A DNA stretch of 50,565 nucleotides, counting the filler, from Sphacelaria rigidula (lineage: Eukaryota), in the NCBI GenBank assembly GCA_964200075.2. It is 2 parts of 2 records of this genome, joined end to end, with 100 filler letters (N's around TTAATTAATTAA, not from the genome) between each part and the next. Parts side by side here need not be neighbours in the genome. Positions count along the whole stretch, not along the records: positions 25,345 to 50,565 come from CAXNAA020000172.1; 1 more part is not named here. One strand, given 5' to 3'. The first letter of the stretch is position 1. Every line of letters begins with the position of its first letter. The translations under genes were made by a program, and so were the position numbers. The notes beneath the pieces are model-generated. The model searched no databases and was not told the origin of the DNA. It saw nothing but the letters and a program-made list of their open reading frames with translations. Shown in pieces: positions 37,780-48,310 of the stretch.

Positions 37780-39055
37780 GACTCGATATACCGACCTGTC
37801 GATATATCCAGAGCCGGGGGGGAACTACATGTTGAAACGTGTTGCTCGGGGGCAACCTCGTGTCCATGTCGGCACAAACCCAACGTGCATCATAGCCTCT
37901 ATACTGCCAGCTGGAACACACGTCAACACCCGCGTAGGTGCTGTCTACGATGCAAAGCATCGATCTGTACAGAAAATCTCGCTGACCCGGCGAGGGCCTG
38001 GCTTCCACTCACCATGATGTTCCGTCTGAGGGCAAGTTGGGAGCGTATGGCGTGAGGATGGGAGGTTGAAAGGGTGCTGTCCGCGAAAAACGTTTTTGCA
38101 CGATGCCATAAGGAGAGTTGATTGAACTCCAGCGGTGATATCATTGTTAACAAAAGCATGTAACACTATGTCATCAACGTGGGAGCAACTTATCAGACAG
38201 GATTGCAGTAATGTGATGGTGGTAGGTTTGAAGCACTCGTGTCTTGTACCGATCGTGTATGCCCTGTTTTTACCGAACGTTTTTATTTTCATTCCCTTTG
38301 CTCGAGGTTCCACCGTGAATAGCAAGTGACTACGTTTTGTTTGCCTTGTGTGCGCCTATCTTGTGGCCACGCCTGTATTCGTCGGAAATCGCCTAGTGTG
38401 CGACAATCAAACAACACGGACAGTGCGTATGCGGCACCAGGAATAAACGAACAAATGTCACGTATGTACCAAGTGACCATGAACAATGCGCCGAGGTCAC
38501 ACGAAGCTAAGTCTGTCGACCTGCTGAAATAAGTGCTGCAAAACCATCACCTTCGGTCTCGTATTGGGGGCTGGTGTTGGGGGCTGGTGTGATGTGCCCC
38601 CAGGGGTATTCTCCACGCGTCCTGTGCACTGAGATGGTATAATTCGGACGTGCCATCATGCGTTGATCTTCTCGGCAGCCGAAAACATCATTTTTCGGGG
38701 GCTGATGTGTTCAAAGTGCCGGTGCTAGATTTACTTTATTGTAGTGTGATGCTGACTCGTGCTTTATTGCCTCATCACCTGGGTTTCCAGTCCGTATTAA
38801 AGGATCAAAGACTACCACGATCACATACAGTGGAGTATCCCAATCGCATCGTTTGTTGTGTGATTTATGGTGACACACAAGAGGGGCGGTGCATATGGTG
38901 TACTCCCCTGCACATGTGAAGTCATATGCGTTCGCAAACTCGGCATCAACCCTCGAGGTATACTGTGGAGGAACTTCAAGTACATGGCCCAGTCCATTAT
39001 GTCTTCGTTGAAGATCGGGTGTTTTTTTAGCATCGATGATGAAGAAGCCATGCAT
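37780..39055 (-). pseudogene. Decayed coding-like region, possibly Ulp1/C48 peptidase-like (transposon or viral cargo)
   Basis: Fragments in shifting frames (HPIFNEDIMDWAMYL; LCVTINH..; VIVVVFDPL; QQVD..SCDLGALFMV; HVDDIVLHAF; PNLPSDGTSW..LCIVDS) loosely follow Ulp1 motif order. There are multiple stops and frameshifts. Confidence 0.25.
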
Positions 39056-40605
39056 TCGTTATAAGCTCTCTTCCGGAATTGATCGAGTTTGCCATGTACC
39101 GGTGTTTAGGCAGGGTCTGACCTTTTTTTCTACTGCAACCAACGCAAAAATTGTGTATTCAAAAATAGGCTTCACCGCTCAAGCCATACCGTGACTGTGC
39201 GACTTCCCTACGGAATGGACAGTCCGTAGTCGGTAGACACCGGTACCTTCTACTCCTTCAACGAGTGAATCTGAGTAGTTTTATTTTCTTATATTTCGAA
39301 GTGTACGGTTTACCCATCCATCTCGTGTCTCCTGGTTGTGTTGAGTCTGAGTTGGCTGAGTAGATCCAGCCTTCAGCAAGGCACTGACTTTCGCTTCTCG
39401 TAGGAAGTGCTTGTTGCTTTCGTTGTCATCAGCAGTCATTTTAATCGTCTTCCCTCCAGTATGTCGTCTTCTTGAGCTATTGCTTGGAAGATTGGTCGCT
39501 ATTGACCGAGAGTAAAGTAGAATTCCGTACATTTTCGGTAGGATTCCCGTTTCATTCATGGAAAAATCAACTCCGGTTGCTTACGCCCGTTTTTTTAGGT
39601 GTAGTTCCACGTGCTTGTTCGATAATTTTCCGTACTCGGTTGTTACATGCATGCCAATAGGTGTTGCGGAAACCGAAGGTGTGGTGGTCATCAGTCACCG
39701 AGAAACTTGCCTTCCTTTTGAGGGCTGTAGTCCTCGACCGGTTGTGTCAATACGCACAACTACAGCGGAGCACGTACCAATGCAGAAATTGGCAGGATTG
39801 TACTTACGGCGAAAACGTGAGCGTCCTCTCAATCATGCCCTTCATCCGCGCAATTGGCTGAGGTTGAGTGAAGAAAGTTTCCTGAGGCAGTCATTTGTCA
39901 TATATACATGCATTTAAACTTTGTCAAGCTTTCTGCATGACACAATTGACGGTGACAGAGAGTGGGCTACGAATGTCTTGTGGAGGCTCGAAATCTTCCA
40001 TCTTTCAAGAAAAACATTTGTATACATTTGGTGGTAAGTGTTTTTTGCGATCAGTACCATCCTATACTGCTGCTTTTCGGCCGTAGTGTATGGCGAGTGT
40101 TTGTGTTGTTTTTTCGCATGGGCTGCGCAATCCAATGGAAACCCAGTAGAGGAATTATGTAGGCTTTTGCAAAGCTCTGCACTAGAGGAATCGACAGCAC
40201 TGCGTTATATTCGGAAATGAAACATCTGACAGAGCAAAGGCCTACCCGATCGTATCACTTTGTGAAGGCCAACGCAAGATATGGGCCGCCCGAACTGACC
40301 ATTCCCTCGAAGGACAGTATGCCATTTTTGAGAAAACACTTGACAGTCTTTGACCCGGTCTCTGAATCCGTTTCTTAATCTCAGGCAGCATCAGCAGGGA
40401 TAGCCTGTCCCTCTTGTTCGGTCAATTGACAGTGGGACTGCTAGAGGCGGCTAAAATTGTGTGCGCTAGAGCCTCTCGCTTTGCCGACGTCGCGGCGGAC
40501 CTAGCTTGGCAGGGCGCTCAGAAGGGCTGCTTGAAATGATCACCGAATGGCATGACGGGCGTCAACGTTGGGAAGCCGCCGATGGTCAATGAAGTAAACA
40601 ACGAG

Positions 40606-42400
40606 TGTGATTAACGACGGCATCTCGAAACAACCATCGTACGGTGTAGCGGGAAGCCGGAAGGCAGGGTTCTGTGCCGACCACGTCGAGGTGGGGATCG
40701 TCAGTTTGGCGCGCACGACGTGCGGCAACAAGGACTGTTCCAAACAAGCATCTTACGCTGTAGCGGAAAGTCGGTTGGCGGAGCTCTGTGCCGAGCACGC
40801 GAGGGTGGGGATGATACATGTGAAGAGCAGGAAGTGCGGCAACGAGGGCTGCTTCAAACGATCATCGTATGGTGTAGCGGGAAGCCGTAAGGAGGAGTTC
40901 TGTGCCGAGCACGCGAGAGTGAGGATGATTCATGTGAAAAGCAGGAAGTGCGTTAACGAGTGCTGCTCCAAAATCCCATCATACGGCGTAGCGGGGAGCC
41001 GGTTAGCGGAGTTCTGTGCCGATCACGCTAGGAAAGGGATGGTCGATGTTGTGAGTAAGAAGTGCGGGAGCAAGGGCTGCTTGAAAAGGCCATCGTACGG
41101 TGTAGCGGGAAGACGGAAGGCGGAGTTCTGTGCCGACCACGCGAGGGTGGGAATGGTCAATGTAGTGAGCAAGACGTGCGGTAACGAAGGCTGCCCCAAA
41201 CAACCATCGTTTGGTAAAGCGAGAAGTCGGTTGGCGGAGTTCTGTGCCGACCACGCGAGGGTGGGGATGATCGATGTGAGGAGCAAGAAGTGCGGTAACG
41301 AGGGCTGCTCCAAACAACCATCGTATGGTGTAGCGGGAAGCCGGAAGCCGGAGTTCTGTGCCGGCCACGCGAGGGGGGGGATGATCGATGTGAAAAGCAA
41401 GAAGTGCGGCAACAAGGGCTGCTCGAAGAAGCCATCGTACGGTGAAGTGGGAAGCCGGAAGGCGGTGTTCTGTGCCGGCCACGCGAGGGTGGGGATGGTC
41501 GATGTGTTGAGCAAGAAATGCGGCAAGAAGGGCTGCTCGAGGAAGCCATCGTACGGTGAAGCGGGAAGCCGGTTGGCGGTGTTCTGTGCCGACCACGCGA
41601 GGGTGGGGATGATCGATGTGGAGAGCAAGAAGTGTGGTAACGAGGGCTGCTCCAAACGTCCATCGTACGGTGTAGCGGGAAGACGGAAGGCGGAGTTATG
41701 TGCCGACCACGCCACGCCCACGATGATCGATGTTAAGAGGATGAAGTGCGGCAACAGGGGCTGCTCGAAGAAGCCATCGTATAGTAAAGCGGGAAGCCGG
41801 TTGGCAGAGTTCTGTGCCGACCACGCGAAAGGAGGAACGGCCAATGGGGTGAGCAAGAAGTGCAGCAATGAGGGCCGCTCCAAAAAACCATTTTACGGCG
41901 TAGCGGGAACTCGGAAAGTGGATTTTTGTGCCGATCACGCGACGGTGGGAATGGTCAATGTAGTGAGCAAGGAGTGCGGCAGCGAGGGCTGCCCGAAGAT
42001 GCCATCGCACGGTGTAGCGGGAAGCCGGTTGGCGGAGTTCTGTGCCGACCACGCAAGGGTGGGGATGATTGATGTGAAGGGCAAGAAGTGCGGTAATGAG
42101 GGCTGCTCGAAGCATATATCGTATGGTGTAGCGGAAGGTCGGTTGGCGGAGGTCTGTGCAGACCACGCGAGGGTCGGGATGATCGATTTGAAGAGTAAGA
42201 AGTGCGGCAACAAGGGCCGCTCCGAAATACCATCTTACGGTGTAGCGGGAAGTCGAAAGGTGGAGTTCTGTGCCGATCACGCGAGGGAGGGAATGGGTAA
42301 TGTAACAAGCAACAAGTACGGTAAGGAGGGCTGCTCGAACCGGCGTGTGTGCCGCGTTGATGACGTCGAACAGGGTAACGTTTGCCAACATGCCGTATCT
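40606..42400 (+). repeat. 114-bp coding tandem repeat array
   Basis: The first Cys codon recurs every 114 nt from 40721 to 42203, and a degenerate unit starts at 42317. Confidence 0.95.
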
Positions 42401-42904
42401 CAAGCAACCAGGCGAGGGCAACGTGGAGACATGATCGATAAAAAAATCATCAAGGACGGACAACCCAGTCATTCCATCAGTCACGGGGGTCGCGCGGATG
42501 ATGTTGCGTTCGGCCCCGTTTTACTCGTAAGTTCCGAACTTGTTGGTACCGCGCCGTCGCAGCCTGCTGAGGGTGCCGGAGGCGGACCTCTGGGGTCAAG
42601 GCCGCACACCACGGTGAAAATGGAAGAGTCTGCTCCCCTTCAGCGTTCCGGGCAGAACTTGCGGAGGAGGGTTGGCGTGGCCACCTCCTCTGATGAAGGT
42701 GGGAGCAGCAGGATCGGTAGTAACTCCAGCGATACTTGTGATGAAAGAATAAAGAAGCGGATTCGCAGGACGCCGTCGATGGTTGGTAAACACCTTCGGG
42801 CAGGAGACGGTGCGGTGGATGCTCCTTCAGTGGTGTTTGATGGTAAAAAGGAAGGCACGAAGATGGAGCTGGCAGTTTCAGCTCCGTTCTCCACCCTTGC
42901 GTAA
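40607..42904 (+). CDS. Intronless EsV-1-7 cysteine-rich repeat protein (15 x 38-aa C-X4-C-X16-C-X2-H repeats plus a degenerate 16th and a low-complexity C-terminus)
   Basis: 765-codon open frame with consensus CGNEGCSKxPSYGVAGSR(K/L)AEFCADHARVGMIDVKSKK, the EsV-1-7 motif known from phaeovirus EsV-1 and Ectocarpus IMM. The first in-frame ATG is at 40811. Upstream ATGs (40552, 40582) are offset by one nucleotide. Confidence 0.92.
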   Translation: MINDGISKQPSYGVAGSRKAGFCADHVEVGIVSLARTTCGNKDCSKQASYAVAESRLAELCAEHARVGMIHVKSRKCGNEGCFKRSSYGVAGSRKEEFCAEHARVRMIHVKSRKCVNECCSKIPSYGVAGSRLAEFCADHARKGMVDVVSKKCGSKGCLKRPSYGVAGRRKAEFCADHARVGMVNVVSKTCGNEGCPKQPSFGKARSRLAEFCADHARVGMIDVRSKKCGNEGCSKQPSYGVAGSRKPEFCAGHARGGMIDVKSKKCGNKGCSKKPSYGEVGSRKAVFCAGHARVGMVDVLSKKCGKKGCSRKPSYGEAGSRLAVFCADHARVGMIDVESKKCGNEGCSKRPSYGVAGRRKAELCADHATPTMIDVKRMKCGNRGCSKKPSYSKAGSRLAEFCADHAKGGTANGVSKKCSNEGRSKKPFYGVAGTRKVDFCADHATVGMVNVVSKECGSEGCPKMPSHGVAGSRLAEFCADHARVGMIDVKGKKCGNEGCSKHISYGVAEGRLAEVCADHARVGMIDLKSKKCGNKGRSEIPSYGVAGSRKVEFCADHAREGMGNVTSNKYGKEGCSNRRVCRVDDVEQGNVCQHAVSQATRRGQRGDMIDKKIIKDGQPSHSISHGGRADDVAFGPVLLVSSELVGTAPSQPAEGAGGGPLGSRPHTTVKMEESAPLQRSGQNLRRRVGVATSSDEGGSSRIGSNSSDTCDERIKKRIRRTPSMVGKHLRAGDGAVDAPSVVFDGKKEGTKMELAVSAPFSTLA

Positions 42905-44049
42905 GTGTTACCAACACGAACGCGAGTGAGTGATCATGACATGCTCGTTGCACGCTGATCAGTAGATCAGAGCCAGTTTTTCCTGGAGAGTTCTGCGGGG
43001 TTTTCAAATGCCCCGCCGCAGCCCCTTTTTTCGTTCGTGTCGTTGCGACAGGATGGAGCTGTTTTTAAGTGTATATGGTGATGCCTGCGCCGGAAATCTG
43101 CTGTTCGTTCAATCAAGTGCTCTTTTGTAATTTTACTCAGTGAATTCGGTTTCGGCGGCGGCTAAACATTCTTCTCACCGTTTTTTTGCGACTCGATTCT
43201 TGCGACTTGATTTTTGCGACATTTGTTTTGCTAGATTTCGCACTCTTAAACCCCTATTGATTTCGTTGCTTTGGGGGAAACTTCGTCAAACAGAAACCAA
43301 ACGCATCTTGCTCCAAGGGGCACCTGGATGCGCAGCAGTTGCTGCTGCCTATCCATGATCATCCAAATCGAATTCTTGAGCGAGAACGCCCAGTGTGCAG
43401 CTGCTTGACGCGACCACTGCATTCTGCCACGGACCCTTCCCCACGTACCCGGCAAGGGGGCGACATCCCCGTACAGACAGTAGCAATGCTAGCAGATCCT
43501 TCGTCCTGACAGTCTGGCAGGCGGCAAGGTGGTTATGGTAGTGTCCGAACGAGATAAACTTCAAGTGCACCGGAGCAGAGTTTGCAGGTGAATATGTCGG
43601 CAATCGCCTCACTTGAAGTTCGCCCAGATATTGACAATTTGTCACGATCTCACTGAGTATCAATACATACTCATATATTTTACATGTGGAAATTCGAATT
43701 TTTAGATCGCTCGTTGTCTCAGGTCATTTCGGATTCGGCATTGGATATCTGCGACAGAAAACTATATCCTTTTTTTCAGAAAATGTTTTCAGAACCAATC
43801 AAAACTTGAAAAAAGACAACCAGAACTTTTCGAAAAACAATCGGAACTTTCAATAAACAAGCAGAACGTTTCAACAAACTGCCCAAAACGTGACCCCTCC
43901 CACATACTTGAATCCATATTGTTGAAAAACAAGGGACCTATAGTATACATAGCAGTACAGAGTAGATGCGCACAGCTATATCTCCCAGAACTTCGCCGAG
44001 CAAGCAAGCATGGACCCATCGGCGGGTAATACGTACCAGCGCTGTCCAG

Positions 44050-45825
44050 CACGGTGCCCGCTTCTGGGTTTGGCGATGCTTCAAGTGTCAAGCTCGCAAA
44101 ACCTCATGACAGACAATACGTTGGCCAGTCATTTCGATGGCACTTCCCAACGCTCCTGGTCACCTCGTGTTTTTCGACTATTTCGGTCCTTCACCGCCCA
44201 CTGATCGTGGCAATACCTACATCTTAGTCTTTACCGACTGTTTCAGGCGTCACGCGTCCATGTACGCAGTCACCACTGGAGATTTCACAGCAGCAGGCAC
44301 AGCTAACATCTTAGTTCACGACTATATCAAGCACTATGGTTGCCCGAAACGGCTTCTCTCCTACAATGGTCAGCAACTTTGCTCCGATCTCTCGGACGAA
44401 CTGTATACACTCCTGGGCATTCGCAAGATAGCCACAAGCCCCTACTACCGTAATGGTAACGGTGGTACTGAAAGAGTTAACCACACCATGGCTCCGATCT
44501 TATCTATGGTCGTCAATGATTATCAAAACGATTGGGATCTCCATCTTTCACGTGTCATGCTGTCTTATAACAACTCGGTCAACGCTGCTACCGGTCTCTC
44601 TCCGAACGAGCTATATCCCGGCCGCTACCCCCGCCTGCCCATCACCGTGTTTGAGCGACACACCTTTGATGGCCACCAAGGTTTGGATCAGGATAAGATG
44701 TCCTACCATAATCTGGCGCGTGCACGCCAGCGCACAGCTTTCCCTCTCGTGCGTGAACAACACACTGTCAACGCCTCGCGCCTTGAGAGATCTAATAATG
44801 CTCTCTACAATCTGATGCACAAACGACCTACTTGGAAGGTTGGCGATCGGGTCTGGGTTTACAACAGTTTGTCAACCACCCGCCAAGGCGTCGACAGAGA
44901 GTCTTGAAGACTAAGCTATCCCTTAACTGGGCAGGACCATTCAACGTTCTGACCGTCGGGCCTTCGCAACCATCACCTACCTGACGGCAAACCTGTTGGT
45001 GAAAAAATTCTGTTTCTCGATGTCCCCCGCGATTCTCAGGGACATGATGCCAAATCTCGCGTCTCTGTGCGCCGTTGTAAACCTTGCATTAACCCGCACG
45101 ACACTAGAGACATGCCCAAGTATCTGCCTGTCGGTCTTACGCAAGACGTACTTTACAGCTATTCGATCAAGTCACCACCTTATCACCTTACTACCGACGA
45201 TGTGACCGAACAACCCCTTCGTCTCGCCGTGTCCCACATTTCTGGCCACCAGATCACCCGCGGTCGCGGCGGTAAGATTGCTGTCATGTACAAAACTCAC
45301 TGGCAAGGTCTTCGGAGAGCGTCTTGGGAACGCAAATCCGACCTTCAGCTGCACCGCCGAGCTCTTCCCCTGTACTGGGCACAGTCTCAGCAGCAACATC
45401 TTGCTGACAACAAGAAATATCGCAAACTGCGCCGGGGAGCCGCGGCACGTGAACTCCACCATGACAAAGGGTTACGCTTTGTCGCTGATGGCTATGAGTT
45501 AGTAGCCCCCCAACATTGGGAAGAAAAGATCCGCGTGAAACAGGCATTCCTTCCCAAAGGTGCTTACTTGTGGTACAAAGGTGGTGACAACCTCTTGTGG
45601 TTGGGTCAGACCCACTCCACAGACCTTACCGCGCCTGACACATACATCGTGCGCTTCATCGATGACCCAGGACCCGTACAACTCAAAATTCGCCCAGAGC
45701 TTTACACCACACGCCCATCCGCACAGAAAGGATCTTCGTGTCTCCAGCGACTCAAGTTCAAAGGCCTCCGCCGCGGAATTCAACCTAACATCGATCGCAC
45801 ACATGATGTCAACGCACCGCTTTAA
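44050..45825 (+). mobile_element. Decayed Ty3/Gypsy (chromodomain-bearing) LTR retrotransposon: integrase, GPF/Y module and chromodomain
   Basis: Zn-binding RCFKCQARKT (then a stop); rve core FFDYFGP...LLSYNG...GTERVNHTM; LNWAGPFNVL (GPF/Y); chromo-like VSHISGHQ..MYKTHWQG...SWE. Frameshifts near 44895 and 44978. Confidence 0.9.
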
Positions 45826-46242
45826 GCTGACACAGACCTCCTGCCTCCCCGTCCCCGACCATTGTTTTTTTTTCTTTCCCTGTCACTTCGCCGCTTAGAT
45901 ACATATATTTCTTTGTTTCCTTCTCATACCACTCATGACACACCTGGGCCACCCACCAACTTCTTCGACAGCCTGCAACCGGAGCCCCTTCAGCGCACAA
46001 CATGGGACCACGAATGTGTTGGAAATATTTGTGGCTCGTGGCGTTTGGTACTGTTCTCGAAACAGACCGACTACCGTCGCGGAGACAGTAGTTTAGCAGA
46101 GGTTGCACAGTGGTAGTCAAACCACTTGCTTCTGCAGCAGAAAGAAAGTCCAAAGACAAAAATGGTGTTTGGGGCTCTTCACTTCGGCCGAACAAAACCA
46201 AGGCAGACTCTTTTGCAAGCAGAGTGCTGAGGAAATGAAGAA

Positions 46243-46277
46243 GAGCTGGGTAAGCTGGGTAAGCTTGGTAAGCTTGG
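46243..46277 (+). repeat. 9-bp tandem repeat (agct(g/t)ggta) x about 4, downstream of the Gypsy ORF
   Basis: agctgggtaagctgggtaagcttggtaagcttggga. Confidence 0.85.
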
Positions 46278-47831
46278 GAGAGTGATTGCAAGGGCGATAG
46301 ACCACCGCTTACAACCATGTTCAATCCTGGAAGAAGAATGCAACACTCTACACGTACGTAAGGTCTAATCGTGTCATTCATTTCAACCTCGCTATTGCTG
46401 ACGCGGTAGCCTTGCTAGCTTAGATGAACTGTAAAGTTGCACACAAGATATCCTGTCGCTTACGTGGCCTAAATACTCTGCCAGAGTATCGTTAATTGAC
46501 AAATCATGGCAACACGCCTACTGTAGCAGTATCCTACCTGAAATGTCATTCACACAGGTAGATATGAATCAACACAAAAGAGGTACTCTCCGTAAAAAGG
46601 ATACTTATGAAACGGTCTTACGTGGTTCGTTGTTTCGTTGAAACGCAACAGATTGTACCGCTATCTTTTGTTGCAACAACTTCATTCAAACACAATGAAT
46701 ATAGACTACGTCGTCTAGATTTTTCCAACAGAATGCACTTGCCTGGAGCACCTCCATCCTCGGCTACGGGAGCTTTCCGTATTATCGCTCTTGATTTGTA
46801 TGACTGGCGCTGGAGCACTTGCAGTCTCTGTGTTGCTTGTCGTTGTGTTTTTTCTGCTCAAGCTGTAGTCAGTTATTATTTATTTATTATTGTTATTATC
46901 ATAATTTCTGCTCAAGCTGTAGTCAGTAACTCGCTTTTTACTGTCCTGCGTTTTTCACTTGTGTTTAGTGAGACGCCCCTGTGCTATTCTGATTGTCGTG
47001 GGCGTCAGCTTACTCGGGGTTTGGTTGCATTGTACAACAGTAGTAAAGACTACTGTACGTTGCCCCTGCTTCGCGTATTAATTATACGTTTCAGCCCCCC
47101 CGTTGGTACACTGCTTGTAGCTGCTGAGCGATTTGCTGTAGCTGCCCTTTAGCCCTGTTCCCGCTTGTTTACATTCGCGTAAGTGCCATGGTGACGCACT
47201 TTGTTGGTTTCCCGACTACGCGTCGATCTGGCCGGAACTGCGTTCTACTCTCGCCTTGTGCATGTGGCCAACAGTTACTGTCTCACTACAGTGTATTCAC
47301 TCTGCTTTCAAACAGGGTATCGCACGCGCCACTGCGCCATGTGCAAACTATGTGCCTACCGACCACTACTACATTGATGGTGGTTGATAGTTGGTTTCGA
47401 CGGCTCATGCTGTAGTGGCATATGGTTGATCTGCCTATGGCTGATCTGCCTTGTGCCGAATTAAAACGCCCCCCCCCCTCTGTTCCTTGTCGAGCCCTTT
47501 ATATTTAAGTAGATGCGCAACCCCCCCCCCCCTTCCCCCCCGGGCCCCCATTTGTGTGTTGCGGGACCCCACCGCGCAGCATGATTCTGAGGTGTGGGAA
47601 GCTGAACCGTCGGTCATGGAGACTGTAGCTTCCCCCTGTGACAGCACACGCATGTAATACCGGACGTCGCGTTGTCGACGTTGGCACAATTGATTCGAGT
47701 CTATCGCAGTTGATTTCCGCCATTCCGGGACATCGCCGCCTGACCGATTTCTTTGTCATGATGTTTTTCGTTTTCCGTCAACGGTACTACAAGTCAAGCC
47801 TATTTTCAAGACTCGCCTGATAATTGACGAA

Positions 47832-48099
47832 TTGTGGTTCCAGCGACAAAATCTGCCTTCGGATGTAAGCCCACGAGTTTTGCGTGACCACCCCCTCGAT
47901 GTTTGCTTACATCACTTCAGTCAGGCCTGGTTGACTTTTCCCTGTATTTATAGATGACTCCCGTCGGGAGTACTGTGGTTTCAGCGACAAAATTTGCCCT
48001 CGGATGGAAGCCCACAAGTTTTGCGTGACCACCCCAAGATGTTGGACATCACTTCAGTCCGGCCCGATTGAGCTTTTCCTTGTAGTATCAGATGGCCCC
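47832..48099 (+). repeat. Diverged tandem duplication, unit about 141 bp
   Basis: tgtggtt(c/t)cagcgacaaaat(c/t)tgcc..cggatg.aagcccac.agttttgcgtgaccacccc...acatcacttcagtc occurs at 47833 and 47974. Confidence 0.85.
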
Positions 48100-48310
48100 C
48101 GCCCCTTGTCGAGGAGAGAGAAATGGTTCCGTAATTGCGCAGGGTTTTCTAGCGCACCATGTCCCCCCTTAATATACTATTTTTCTGTACTATGAAAAGA
48201 GTACTCGAGCTCGAACATTTTGCCTTGTAGAAGAGCCGTCTTCGGACACAGCCCACGTGCCCGTTCCATATGCCGCTGTCCTGGCTGCTTCCCAGCCCCC
48301 CCCCCCCCCC

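Noticed and set aside
40606-42400. CRISPR-like regular periodicity
   Set aside because: The whole unit is repeated and coding, with no unique spacers or cas genes, in a eukaryotic context.
41003-42484. Long repetitive antisense ORFs over the EsV-1-7 array
   Set aside because: A by-product of a stop-poor 114-bp repeat; the conserved Cys/His motif is on the plus strand.
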